Part shown: positions 1 to 9,771 of the stretch, piece after piece
Layout of the letters: every line of letters begins with the position of its first letter
Numbering within the stretch: position 1 is the first letter of the stretch
Source: an uncultured Clostridiaceae bacterium
Lineage (GTDB): Bacteria; Bacillota; Clostridia; Lutisporales; Lutisporaceae
Reading direction: 5' to 3'
DNA length: 64,000 nt
NCBI GenBank assembly: GCA_964394355.1
Contig: CAYMVQ010000004.1
Span: 15,090-79,089 of the forward strand
The notes under the pieces: model-generated
Seen by the model: the letters and a program-made list of their open reading frames with translations, nothing else
Told to the model about the DNA's origin: nothing
Databases searched by the model: none
Made by a program: the position numbers and the translations under genes

Positions 1-170
1 GATATTAACTGTTCCTAGCCATGGTTTCTGGCTACAAGCCAAGATCTAAAATCTAAGAGCTAAGATGCTAAGGTAATTCTATAAAGTCTTTTTGCAGATG
101 CCATGCTAACCAGTGGTTATCACTTTCCCCGCACTTCATCTATAGACTTCCAGCCTATCCAAAATGCAAT
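1..170. repeat. Intergenic repeat element, cut by the window edge; member of a dispersed family
   Basis: Tandem heptamers ATCTAAA/ATCTAAG/AGCTAAG/ATGCTAAG at 44-72. The following modules AACCAGTGGTTATCAC and TTTCCCCGCACTTCATCT resemble modules at 12651-12790 and 14979-15068. Confidence 0.45.
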
Positions 171-299
171 CTGTAAGAAATATCAAATTGTGATATAAAT
201 ATATTTATTTCTATCTATACAAACAGGCATAATTAATAATATAATGTAATAAAAAGAGGAGGCAAAAACTTTTCTGTTGTCTCCTAATAGGAGAAAGTC

Positions 300-953
300 A
301 TGAGAAAATTTATTATATCACCCGAGGGGCTTCCGTACATAATTATTGGACTAGTTTGCACACTACTTGCCTCTATTATAAACATATACTTGGCTGTAAT
401 ATTAATGTTGCTTACTTTATTTATAATATATTTTTTTAGAAACCCGCCTAGAAGGATTGAAACCAATGAAAACATCTTACTTTCGCCAGCTGACGGCAAG
501 GTAATGGATGTTAAGGTCCTTGAACATGATGATATTCTAAAATGCAAGGCTTATAAGCTTTCGATTTTTTTATCTTTATTTAGTGTTCATGTGAATCGTG
601 TGCCAATGTCAGGGGAGATTTTTTATAAAAAATATATACCTGGAAAGTTTTTTCCGGCATTCAAAAGCCATGCATCCCAATTTAATGAAAGGAATATAAT
701 TGGTATCAGAGGCAATTGTTTAGATTTGGTGGTTATTCAAATAACAGGTTTTGTTGCTAGGAGAATTGTAGACTGGGTAAAAATCAGTGAATTTGTAACA
801 CAAGGGGATTTATTTGGTTTAATAAAATTTGGGTCATCTACAGAAATAATAATTCCTTATGACCATGTTGGCATAAAGGTGAAGCCAGGCGACAAGGTCA
901 GGGGAGGGAAAACAGTGATTGGAGTGATAATTAATGAGACAGGCAATCAATGA
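300..953 (+). CDS. psd: Phosphatidylserine decarboxylase proenzyme (short type)
   Basis: 217 aa. AGGAGA RBS about 6 nt before the ATG at 300. N-terminal TM helices and a C-terminal FGSSTE autocleavage-type G-S motif. Overlaps pssA by 20 nt. Confidence 0.85.
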   Translation: MRKFIISPEGLPYIIIGLVCTLLASIINIYLAVILMLLTLFIIYFFRNPPRRIETNENILLSPADGKVMDVKVLEHDDILKCKAYKLSIFLSLFSVHVNRVPMSGEIFYKKYIPGKFFPAFKSHASQFNERNIIGIRGNCLDLVVIQITGFVARRIVDWVKISEFVTQGDLFGLIKFGSSTEIIIPYDHVGIKVKPGDKVRGGKTVIGVIINETGNQ

Positions 954-1482
954 ACTAAAAACTATGATTAGGTACAAGTACAATTATGCAAACATGGTGA
1001 CCTTACTTAATTTATCTATGGGCTGTTTTTCTTTACTATGTGTTTTAGTGAATGAATATAGCATAGCTTCTATTTTTATTTTAATTGGAGCGTTACTGGA
1101 TAGACTTGATGGGAAAATAGCTCGCAAGTTGGGAATAGTAACGGATCTAGGTAAGGAACTTGATTCCTTATCGGATTTGGTATCCTTCGGAGTGGCTCCG
1201 GGCATGTTGCTTTGGTCAATTTCTCTAAATAGAATTTTTGTCTATGGCAGTGCCATAACGATAATTTATATTTTATCCGGAGCATATAGGCTGGCTAGGT
1301 TTAATGTTTCTGGAAATACTGAATATTATGTAGGCCTCCCCATTACCATAGCAGGGGGTATCCTTGCTATAGTATCTGCAATATCTGTAAAGCGAGAATT
1401 AAATCCCTATTTTCTAGCTTTTCTTACTTTGTTTTTATCCTATGTAATGATAAGCAATTCTATTAAAGTAAAAAAGAGATAG
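934..1482 (+). CDS. pssA: CDP-diacylglycerol--serine O-phosphatidyltransferase
   Basis: 182-aa polytopic protein. The CDP-alcohol phosphatidyltransferase signature D-x2-D-G-x2-A-R-x8-G-x3-D-x3-D is present as DRLDGKIARKLGIVTDLGKELDSLSD. The start could be a downstream in-frame Met. Confidence 0.85.
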   Translation: MRQAINELKTMIRYKYNYANMVTLLNLSMGCFSLLCVLVNEYSIASIFILIGALLDRLDGKIARKLGIVTDLGKELDSLSDLVSFGVAPGMLLWSISLNRIFVYGSAITIIYILSGAYRLARFNVSGNTEYYVGLPITIAGGILAIVSAISVKRELNPYFLAFLTLFLSYVMISNSIKVKKR

Positions 1483-1571
1483 CTTTTTAATATGCTTCAT
1501 CCATGTGTGCAGATGCCTGTGCTATAATAAAATTCAGACTGTAGGTTTTATTTGCTCTAAGGGAGAGAAAT

Positions 1572-2282
1572 ATGGGAAAGAAACTTCAAATTCAAGTTAA
1601 AAATATAAAAAAGACTTATCAAATGGGGGAAGTAGAAGTTAAGGCTCTTGACGATGTAAGCCTTGATATTTACGAGGGAGAGTTTGTGGTTATTCTTGGG
1701 CCAAGCGGTTCCGGCAAAAGCACTTTGCTAAACATCATTGGCGGTATGGATGTAGCAACTGAGGGGAGCATTATCGTTGCCCATGAGGAAATTACAAAAT
1801 TTAATGATAGAAAGTTAACAGCCTACCGTAGAAATAGTGTAGGCTTTGTTTTTCAGTTTTATAATCTTATGGCAAATCTAACTGCTAGGGAGAATGTAGA
1901 GTTAGCAACAGAATTATGCAAAGAAGCTATGAATATAGATACAGTAATAGAGGAAGTAGGCCTAAAAGAGCGAAAGAATCATTTTCCTTCTCAGATGAGT
2001 GGTGGGGAGCAGCAGAGAGTAGCTATTGCCAGAGCAGTTGCGAAAAACCCTCTTTTGATTCTATGTGACGAGCCTACAGGGGCATTGGACTTTAGCACCG
2101 GTATAATGATTTTATCTTTACTTAGTAAAGTTAATCGTAGATTTAACAAAACGGTTGTAGTCATCAGTCATAATATGGCTATAGCTGGCATGGGGGATAG
2201 AGTAATAAAAATGAGAAGCGGGAAGATCTTAGAAATAAATGAAAATGCTAAGCCCCTTGATCCTGAAAGGATTGAATGGTAA
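1572..2282 (+). CDS. ABC transporter ATP-binding protein (MacB/LolD-like)
   Basis: Walker A GPSGSGKST, ABC signature MSGGEQQR, Walker B LILCDEPT. Extended -10 TGCTATAAT lies upstream. Confidence 0.9.
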   Translation: MGKKLQIQVKNIKKTYQMGEVEVKALDDVSLDIYEGEFVVILGPSGSGKSTLLNIIGGMDVATEGSIIVAHEEITKFNDRKLTAYRRNSVGFVFQFYNLMANLTARENVELATELCKEAMNIDTVIEEVGLKERKNHFPSQMSGGEQQRVAIARAVAKNPLLILCDEPTGALDFSTGIMILSLLSKVNRRFNKTVVVISHNMAIAGMGDRVIKMRSGKILEINENAKPLDPERIEW

Positions 2283-4633
2283 TGAAAAAGCTGGATCTGA
2301 GACTTTATCGTATGATAAAGCATTCAAAGGGACAGTTTATTTCCGTTACCGTCATCGTTATAGTGGCTCTTAGCATATTTATTTGTTTTTCTACCAGTAC
2401 AGATAATATAAACAATGCAATAGATATTTATTACAATGATACAAATTTTGAACATATTCATGTGGAACTTACAAGGATATCTCAAAAAGCCATAGGGGAA
2501 ATTAAGACTATAAAAGGCGTGAAAGAAGCCCAAGGTAGAATCTCTATGGATGTAGCTATGGTTACTGACGATAGGGAGGAAAACATTATAATTCGACTTA
2601 TATCAATGCCTAATAAAAATGAGGGCATAAATAAATTGTATATAGCTGCAGGTAAAAAAGAAGTATTAAAAAATGATAATATTATTTTGCTTAGACAGTT
2701 TGCTATAGACAGAGATATAAAAATTGGCGATTCCATCACTCCCTATATCAATGGTCGATTACATGATATAAAAATTAGCAATATAGCATATAGCCCTGAG
2801 TATGTTTATTTGATGGAAGGTGAACAATCCCTAATGCCTTCCGGGGGCAAATTTGGAGTAGGCTTTATTAATGAAGAATTTGCGCGGAGCATATATGGGG
2901 ATGGGGCTTATTATAATGAAGTTTTAATTACTTTAAATGATGAAAAAGATACTGAGCCTATTATTGAAACTCTTGAAAAGTCTTTAAAGAAATATGGGGT
3001 TAAAAGAATTATAAAAAGAGAAAACCAGTTAAGCAATAGGATGTTAAATGAAAAACTAATGGGCTTTGAAAAGATATCCAAGGTATTGCCGCTACTTTTC
3101 CTTGCTGTTGCCGGCTTAGTTATAGCCATAGTACTATCAAGGATTGTAAGTAATGATAGGATGGCTATAGGCGTATTAAAGGCTTTGGGTTATAGCAATA
3201 CAAAGGTACTTATTCATTATTTAAAATACTCCATGATGATAGCTACAGTTGGCTCAATAATAGGAATAATATTGGGACTTTTTCTTTCAAAAGGCATGAC
3301 TGAGCTTTTTATACTGTATTTTAATATACCTTTAATCCTAATAGATATTCAATATGTTTATATATTTTACTCTATTATTCTTAGTGCTTTATTTTGTATT
3401 CTAGCCGGATTTATTGGTGGGAGAAAGGCTCTTAAGATTGCACCTGCTGATGCTATGGTGCCGGAAGCACCCAAATCAGGCAAGCATATTTTATTGGAGA
3501 GGCTTGGCTTTGTATGGAAAAACCTAAGCTTTAGCTGGAAAGTAGTTATTAAAAACATTTTCAGAAACAAAAAACGATTCTCACTATTGGTATTGGGTCT
3601 TGCTTTGTCCTATGGCATAAATACAGTTCCTGAGTATATGTTAGAAGCTGTGACGGCAATGTTTACCATTCAATACGGAGAATTTCAGAAAATGGATTAT
3701 ATAATAGATTTTAAAAAACCACTAAATGAAGGAGCATTATTAGAATTAAAACATATAGTAAAGCCGGACAAGATAGAGCCAAGGCTAGAATATCCCTTTG
3801 AGCTTAGTAAGGGTTTGAGAAAAAAGACTGTCAGTATTATTGGAGTGCCAACACACAGCACTTTATTGGAATTTAGAGATATTGATAATAAACTAGTCAG
3901 TATTCCAGAAAAAGGGCTTCTAATAACTGAATCCTTATCAAAAATTTTGAATGTAAAAAAAGGAGATATGATAAGTGTTAAGAATTTTTTGCCGGGAAAG
4001 GATGATAGGATTGTTGAAGTAAAAGGTATTGTCAACCAATATCTTGGCGCCAATGCTTATATGAATATTGAGTCTATGCAAAATACTTTGGCGGATAAAA
4101 AAATGATAACGGGGGCGGCAGTAATCTCCAAAGATAAGGTCAAGGAAAAACTAAAGGATATAAAAGGCATATCTTCTGTTATGGCTGTTAGTGATTTTAA
4201 AAAATCCTTTGAAGAATATCTAGATATAGTTATAGTAGTCACAAGATTGTATATGATTTTTGGCGGAATTTTAAGCTTTGTATTAATATATAATTCAACT
4301 ATCATAAGTTTATCGGAGAGGCGCATGGAATTGGCGTCTATGCGAGTAATGGGCTTTGATAAAAAAGATATTTTTAAAATGCTGATAAAGGAAAACTTTA
4401 TAATGACAGTTTTGGCCATACTTTTGGGCATACCTTTTGGTATTGCTATGATTAAGGGCATGGCGCAAGCTTTTAGCTCAGAGATAATAACCTTTCCTCT
4501 AATTTTTTCAAATAGAACATTTATAGTAGCTGGCGTGGCTACAATCCTATTTGCGATTATTGCTCAAATAGCTACTTGGAGAAGGATTAGGGATCTCAAC
4601 TTTATTGAAGCTTTAAAAAGTCGTATATCCTAG
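2276..4633 (+). CDS. ABC transporter permease with two FtsX-type modules
   Basis: 785 aa. Two blocks of hydrophobic helices, each preceded by a large hydrophilic domain. Start overlaps the ATPase stop codon. Confidence 0.85.
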   Translation: MVMKKLDLRLYRMIKHSKGQFISVTVIVIVALSIFICFSTSTDNINNAIDIYYNDTNFEHIHVELTRISQKAIGEIKTIKGVKEAQGRISMDVAMVTDDREENIIIRLISMPNKNEGINKLYIAAGKKEVLKNDNIILLRQFAIDRDIKIGDSITPYINGRLHDIKISNIAYSPEYVYLMEGEQSLMPSGGKFGVGFINEEFARSIYGDGAYYNEVLITLNDEKDTEPIIETLEKSLKKYGVKRIIKRENQLSNRMLNEKLMGFEKISKVLPLLFLAVAGLVIAIVLSRIVSNDRMAIGVLKALGYSNTKVLIHYLKYSMMIATVGSIIGIILGLFLSKGMTELFILYFNIPLILIDIQYVYIFYSIILSALFCILAGFIGGRKALKIAPADAMVPEAPKSGKHILLERLGFVWKNLSFSWKVVIKNIFRNKKRFSLLVLGLALSYGINTVPEYMLEAVTAMFTIQYGEFQKMDYIIDFKKPLNEGALLELKHIVKPDKIEPRLEYPFELSKGLRKKTVSIIGVPTHSTLLEFRDIDNKLVSIPEKGLLITESLSKILNVKKGDMISVKNFLPGKDDRIVEVKGIVNQYLGANAYMNIESMQNTLADKKMITGAAVISKDKVKEKLKDIKGISSVMAVSDFKKSFEEYLDIVIVVTRLYMIFGGILSFVLIYNSTIISLSERRMELASMRVMGFDKKDIFKMLIKENFIMTVLAILLGIPFGIAMIKGMAQAFSSEIITFPLIFSNRTFIVAGVATILFAIIAQIATWRRIRDLNFIEALKSRIS

Positions 4634-4645
4634 GGGGGTTTTATA

Positions 4646-5896
4646 ATGAGAATAAAGAAAAAATATTTTGTTTGGAGCGGGTTAATTATAGTAATGGCTA
4701 TTATCGCATTTTTTGGCTTTAGCAGCTTAATGAATAGGGCGATTAAAGTTGATATGGGCATAGTTGAAAGGGGGAGAATATCAGAATACATAGAAGAGAG
4801 TGCCCATGTTAAATTGGAAACAGAGATAGATGTTTTTGCACCCCAGGGGGGAAGAATTGTGTCTGTTCTTTATGAAGTTGGTGATACAATTAATGAGGGA
4901 GACTTACTAATAAAACTAGATGATAAGGAATATATATATCAAATAAAAAGCCTTGAACTTCAAAAGCAGGGAATTGCGGCAAAGAAAAAAGAGGCTTCAA
5001 AGGAATTAAGTGAGGCTGAGTTAGGGAAATTAGAAGCTGAAGAAAAATCGGCAAGGATAGCTTTAGATGAGGCAAAGAGAATAGCCGAAAGTAATTTAAG
5101 CCTTTTTAATGCGGGAGCCATAAGCAAGTCTCTTTATGAAAGCTCTATGGCTGCATTGGCCATAGCGGAAGCCAATTATGAAGTAGTTAAAAGTATAGCT
5201 GAGATAGCAATAGAAGCCTCAGGAAAAGGAATTACAGGCTTGCAAAAAGACATATATGATATACAGGTTAAGGAGATACAAAATCAAATAGATCTATTAG
5301 AAAAAAAACAGTCTGAATTATCAATAAAGGCGCCATCTGCCGGTATAATTTTAGAGAGAGATGCGGAAATTGGCAATGTTCTGCTAGCAGGTAAAAGGAT
5401 ATTTCAAATAGGCAGTATCGATGATATTTTTTTAGAAAGTGATATATTGGCAGATGAAGCAAGCAGGGTATATGATGGAGCACAAGTAATGATAGAGAAC
5501 AAGGACTTGGGAATTTACGGGTTAAAGGGTATAGTTAGAAAGATATATCCTAAAGCTTTTAATAAAATCTCCCAGCTAGGAGTTGAGCAAAAAAGGGTAA
5601 AGATTGAAATAGATTTTCTAGATATGATGCCGGATTTGAAGCCGGGAATGGATATGGATATAAAAGTTATAACAAGTATAAAAGATGATATAGTAATTAT
5701 TGATGAAAAAGCCATATTTGAATATTTTGGCCATGATTATGTTTTTATAAACGATAAAGGCATTGCAAAGATGAGGGAAATAGAAAAGGGCATCGAAGAG
5801 GATGGAAGGGTGGAAATATTAAAGGGACTTGCGGAAGGGGAGTATATTGTCATATCTCCGGGGGAAAAAATGACAGAAGGAAAGAGGATTAAGTAA
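4646..5896 (+). CDS. HlyD/MacA-family efflux adaptor protein
   Basis: 416 aa. N-terminal membrane anchor, then a long Lys/Glu/Ala-rich coiled-coil region flanked by beta-rich segments. Lies 13 nt after the permease gene. Confidence 0.75.
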   Translation: MRIKKKYFVWSGLIIVMAIIAFFGFSSLMNRAIKVDMGIVERGRISEYIEESAHVKLETEIDVFAPQGGRIVSVLYEVGDTINEGDLLIKLDDKEYIYQIKSLELQKQGIAAKKKEASKELSEAELGKLEAEEKSARIALDEAKRIAESNLSLFNAGAISKSLYESSMAALAIAEANYEVVKSIAEIAIEASGKGITGLQKDIYDIQVKEIQNQIDLLEKKQSELSIKAPSAGIILERDAEIGNVLLAGKRIFQIGSIDDIFLESDILADEASRVYDGAQVMIENKDLGIYGLKGIVRKIYPKAFNKISQLGVEQKRVKIEIDFLDMMPDLKPGMDMDIKVITSIKDDIVIIDEKAIFEYFGHDYVFINDKGIAKMREIEKGIEEDGRVEILKGLAEGEYIVISPGEKMTEGKRIK

Positions 5897-5990
5897 ATAT
5901 AAAAGGCGTATTTAACAGTAGCCTTTATTGGCACAAGGAAATCTAACTTATTATTACATGGATAAAATATATTATATGGAGGTTAATAAA

Positions 5991-6350
5991 ATGAAATTTT
6001 CTTGGTGTACTATAATGGTTAAGGACATGGAAGAATCATTAAGTTTTTATCAGGATATTGTAGGCTTATCAATTTCAAGGAGCTTTGAAACACCTGCCGG
6101 AGAGATTGTATTCTTGGGAGATGGGGAAACAAAAGTAGAGTTAATATTTGATAGGACAAAAAATGAAATAAATATAGGACAAGATATATCTTTGGGCTTT
6201 GAAGTGGATTCATTAGATGAGATGATGGCATTTGTAAAGGAAAAAGGTATAAATATTGACGGAGGACCTTATAGTCCAAGCCCAAGTGTTAGATTTTTCT
6301 ATGTAAAGGATCCTAATGGGCTTAGAATACAATTCGTAGAAAACTTATGA
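5991..6350 (+). CDS. VOC/glyoxalase-family protein
   Basis: Start moved to ATG 5991 (MKFSW...), which has a GGAGG RBS 8 nt upstream. About 119 aa with the pattern MVKDMEESLSFYQDIVGL typical of the glyoxalase/bleomycin-resistance fold. Confidence 0.7.
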   Translation: MKFSWCTIMVKDMEESLSFYQDIVGLSISRSFETPAGEIVFLGDGETKVELIFDRTKNEINIGQDISLGFEVDSLDEMMAFVKEKGINIDGGPYSPSPSVRFFYVKDPNGLRIQFVENL

Positions 6351-6390
6351 TTTTTCATTTTTGCTATAAAGATTTATCATAAGCCAGGAC

Positions 6391-6894
6391 CTATGGAGTA
6401 TGAAAAACAGATATAAAATGCATATGCTTGGCTTTCCAAGTTTTTAGGTAGGAAATATTTAAGGCGTTAAATGTATGTTGGGATATTAAAGGACCGAAGC
6501 TATCAAAGGATGTAATTATCGCCGAGTGATATATTATACCGCTATTGTCTTCATAGAATATTAAATCCCCTAGCTGAAGCTGGTTTATATCACTAACTTC
6601 AAGACCCCTTGGGCCATAATAATTTGATTTTTGATTTACTCTTAAAGTCCAATATAGGGAATGAGCTACAGCCCAAGGTATAGACCAAGAACTACCTTTA
6701 TACCACCAAGCGTATTCCGTACCATAGGTCATAGGGGCACCTCCGGCTAAAAGACATTGAGACACAAAATTAGTACAATCTCCGCCAAGGCTTTCATACA
6801 CATCAAAATATTTAAAGCTTGGATTTGGAGAAAGGGCATATTTCAGTGCATAATTTACTGCCTTTTCTCTTATATAATTATTTTCGGGAGCCAA
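6391..6894 (-). CDS. Putative amidase-domain protein (cell-wall amidase-like)
   Basis: 167 aa. The GGDCTNFVSQCLLAGG motif is typical of the 'putative amidase domain' family. Only a TTG start is available and the RBS is weak, so the N-terminus is uncertain. Confidence 0.55.
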   Translation of the reverse strand: MAPENNYIREKAVNYALKYALSPNPSFKYFDVYESLGGDCTNFVSQCLLAGGAPMTYGTEYAWWYKGSSWSIPWAVAHSLYWTLRVNQKSNYYGPRGLEVSDINQLQLGDLIFYEDNSGIIYHSAIITSFDSFGPLISQHTFNALNISYLKTWKAKHMHFISVFHTP

Positions 6895-7053
6895 GAAATC
6901 ACATCCATAAATAAGAGCTTTATTTATATTATGTAAAAAAACAAATATTGTGCATAAGGACTACCACATTTATCCATGTAAAAGCCTATAGGGAATATGC
7001 TATAATTTTAAGTAAAATATAGACAAGCCTAAAAGGATATTAGAGGTGTGGTA

Positions 7054-8067
7054 ATGAAGAAGTGGAAAAAAAGCTTACTTACAGTAATAGCCATTATAAT
7101 GCCTATATTTTTTACAGGCTCTATAGGGCCTGTAAAACCTGCAATGAGAATTAAAGCAAGCAATCCTATTTTTAGTGCATCTTTTATTCAAGCCTGGTAT
7201 GCTGGAGATTGGTGTGAAGATAGATGGCTGGAGGAAGTTTCAATTCTTAAAGAATCAGGCGTAGAAGAAATTATTATCCAGACAATAGCGGATACAAAAA
7301 GCAAATATGCCTATTATCCTACAAAAATGGCAGGCTATACATATGGCGATATTGATATGGTGAAAAATGCTCTATGTGCCGCAGACAAATCAGATATTAA
7401 AATCCGGCTTGGCCTTGGTTTTAGTGATGATTGGTGGGTCAAAAATGCCATGGATAAGGCTTGGCTAGAGAAAGAAGCTAAAGAGAACAAAAATATATTC
7501 GATGAAATAATAGAAAAGTACGGTTCCCATAAGTCCCTTAAGGGCTGGTATATACCTTATGAATTCTATCAGCTTACCGCGATAACTGAATACTATCAAT
7601 CAAACCTAAATTATTTTCTAAAAGAAATAGCTTCAGAAATCAAATCAAAAAGTGACAAAGATATTATGATATCTCCTTTTTATATTTCAAATTTCTCATG
7701 GCTTATGCCCTTGAAAGGCTGGTCTAAAATGGTGGAAAATGCAATAAAAGATACGGGTATTGATATTTTAGCCCTTCAAGATGGTATTGGTGTGAAGAAT
7801 ACATCAATTAATGAATTGGACAATCTGTTTTCTCATACAAAACATAGCACTGATAAACTGGGCATTAGGCTCTATGGGAATGTTGAAACCTTTGACTCTA
7901 CACCGAAGGGTAATGTACCGGCGCAAAAAGAACGCATTTCCAATCAGCTTATCAGACAAAAGCCATATGTAGAAGAGTTTATAGCCTTTAGTTTAAATCA
8001 TTTTCAAAAAGAAGAAAAGAGCCGGCTGGGAAGCTTTATTAAATACTTAGAAGATAGTTTATATTGA
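7054..8067 (+). CDS. Secreted DUF4434-like protein (TIM-barrel glycoside-hydrolase-like fold)
   Basis: ATG 7054 is preceded by an AGAGGTG RBS. Has a signal-peptide-like N-terminus. The GWYIPYEF motif resembles DUF4434 proteins, recognised from memory only. Confidence 0.5.
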   Translation: MKKWKKSLLTVIAIIMPIFFTGSIGPVKPAMRIKASNPIFSASFIQAWYAGDWCEDRWLEEVSILKESGVEEIIIQTIADTKSKYAYYPTKMAGYTYGDIDMVKNALCAADKSDIKIRLGLGFSDDWWVKNAMDKAWLEKEAKENKNIFDEIIEKYGSHKSLKGWYIPYEFYQLTAITEYYQSNLNYFLKEIASEIKSKSDKDIMISPFYISNFSWLMPLKGWSKMVENAIKDTGIDILALQDGIGVKNTSINELDNLFSHTKHSTDKLGIRLYGNVETFDSTPKGNVPAQKERISNQLIRQKPYVEEFIAFSLNHFQKEEKSRLGSFIKYLEDSLY

Positions 8068-8111
8068 GTATTATGGAAAACTCACAAAAATCTTTGTTGT
8101 TTATCTAAGTG

Positions 8112-8142
8112 GATAAAAAAAGAGAAGGTACTTATCCTTCTC
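8112..8142 (-). terminator. Intrinsic terminator of the 8132-8863 gene
   Basis: On the minus strand: stem GAGAAGG (8142-8136) and CCTTCTC (8128-8122), a 7-nt loop containing the stop codon, followed by T7 (complement of 8115-8121). Confidence 0.6.
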
Positions 8143-8863
8143 CAAATATAGCCACAGTTTGTAAAAAGGGCACAAATTTACTTCCATCCCACTCCAAGGA
8201 TGTTTGAACATAACCTAGTCCATCTGCATGATATCTGCCAGCTATCGATTGTATTGCATATAATTCATAGGTCCCATCTCTTTGAAAGTCGATGGGATAT
8301 AGCCCACTTAAAGGATCTACCCAGCCGCTTATAGGCTCCTTTAGCGTACCATCACTATTATAAATTTCTGATAAGTATTCCTTCCCTTTAAACATTAAGT
8401 CAATTATATATCTTTTGTTATTTGCCTTGCTTATTACTTCTGCCTTATAGTTATCTAAATAATTTACCTCATATTGATATTTCTCATTAAATTCTTCAAA
8501 GTCAAATATTTTTTTGGTAATATTATTTTCCATAGAATAAATATAATAGTAGCCTATTGCACCGCTTCCACCTGAGTCAATGCTTAAAAGTATATCATCC
8601 ACCTTATTTCCTGTAAAATCAGCTAGAAAAAGGCTAGGCCCATAGCCTGAATTTACCTTTGGTCTGATATTAGTAATTTTACCTGTTCTGCCATCTATAA
8701 CCCTAATAGTGATATTTTCTCTATAGGGGCTATCTTCAAAAGGCTTTGTACCCAAAAGATAAATATAATCTTCAGTATTGTCTCCGTTTACATCTCCTAT
8801 TTTAAAATCAAGTATCCAAAAAGTTGGCTTATATGGAAATATACCCGCCACCGCCTCCCACAA
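8132..8863 (-). CDS. Hypothetical protein with FG-GAP/VCBS-like repeats
   Basis: 243-aa ORF. Asp-rich loops GDVNGDNTEDY and ADFTGNKVDD. No in-frame ATG in the first ~110 codons. Only a TTG at 8863 with no recognisable RBS, so the start is uncertain. Confidence 0.45.
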   Translation of the reverse strand: MWEAVAGIFPYKPTFWILDFKIGDVNGDNTEDYIYLLGTKPFEDSPYRENITIRVIDGRTGKITNIRPKVNSGYGPSLFLADFTGNKVDDILLSIDSGGSGAIGYYYIYSMENNITKKIFDFEEFNEKYQYEVNYLDNYKAEVISKANNKRYIIDLMFKGKEYLSEIYNSDGTLKEPISGWVDPLSGLYPIDFQRDGTYELYAIQSIAGRYHADGLGYVQTSLEWDGSKFVPFLQTVAIFGEG

Positions 8864-9038
8864 GTAGTTTTCATATATATACTATGCAGGACTTTTAAAT
8901 ATGCCACAACACAGGGGGACGGTTCTTCTGTGCTCTTTGCATAATGAAGGATATTAATACAGCGCATATCTACTTTTTAACAAAAGGAGAGTGGGCAGTG
9001 CCCAATAAAGGAAGCAAGTATTTGTAAGTGTAAAAAGA

Positions 9039-9746
9039 TTATATAAGGGGAATTTCAGTATTATCTATTTTTACTATAGTTGATTTATATGTCCCTCCTA
9101 AATTTTCTTTTACTAATGCAGCCAGTTCATTCGTCGCATTTTCTAAATCTATATTTCTACTTTCATCCACTGATTCAATAATAAGAAAAGCATTTTTTGT
9201 TTCTTCGGTAAGCATGGTCCTGACAGACTCCCGCCAGTTCCAGCATCTGCAGATTGCCCCCACATCATCTTTATATATTATTTCATTTTCATATGGCGGT
9301 TCGCTTTTTTCGGAGCCAAGGGTTACGAAGTCTTCATTACCCATTGCTTTAGTAAGTCTTATATCTCCGACAAAAGCATCAATATCCTCACCACCGCATG
9401 GTAATGCATATTTTAGAGAAATTGAGTTATATATATCTACCAAGGGATTTATGGTACTGATGTGATTGCCTTTATGCACCCTTTTTAGCAAAGCCTCTAT
9501 TGAACATCTGGCGCCTTTTTTAGTCTTAAATTTCTTGAATGCTTCTCTCCATACTTTTATTACTTCATTGTTAATGAATACATCATCAATAATATATTCC
9601 AGAGCCTTTTCTTCTGCTTCAAACAGCATTTTTTCATACCTATTTTCATCTTTTATCCTATTGTCCACACCTTGAAATACTATAATTCCAAACCTTGCTT
9701 GGGGAAACAATTCCCAAAAATCATTTTCCACTATAAAACTTTTCAT
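9039..9746 (-). CDS. B3/B4 (PheRS-beta-like) domain-containing protein
   Basis: ATG at 9746 lies 6 nt after an AAGAGGTG RBS. The N-terminus MKSFIVENDFWELFPQARFGIIVFQGVDN is typical of stand-alone B3/4 domain proteins. Confidence 0.65.
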   Translation of the reverse strand: MKSFIVENDFWELFPQARFGIIVFQGVDNRIKDENRYEKMLFEAEEKALEYIIDDVFINNEVIKVWREAFKKFKTKKGARCSIEALLKRVHKGNHISTINPLVDIYNSISLKYALPCGGEDIDAFVGDIRLTKAMGNEDFVTLGSEKSEPPYENEIIYKDDVGAICRCWNWRESVRTMLTEETKNAFLIIESVDESRNIDLENATNELAALVKENLGGTYKSTIVKIDNTEIPLI

Positions 9747-9771
9747 CTTATGCACCTCTTACTAATTTATT

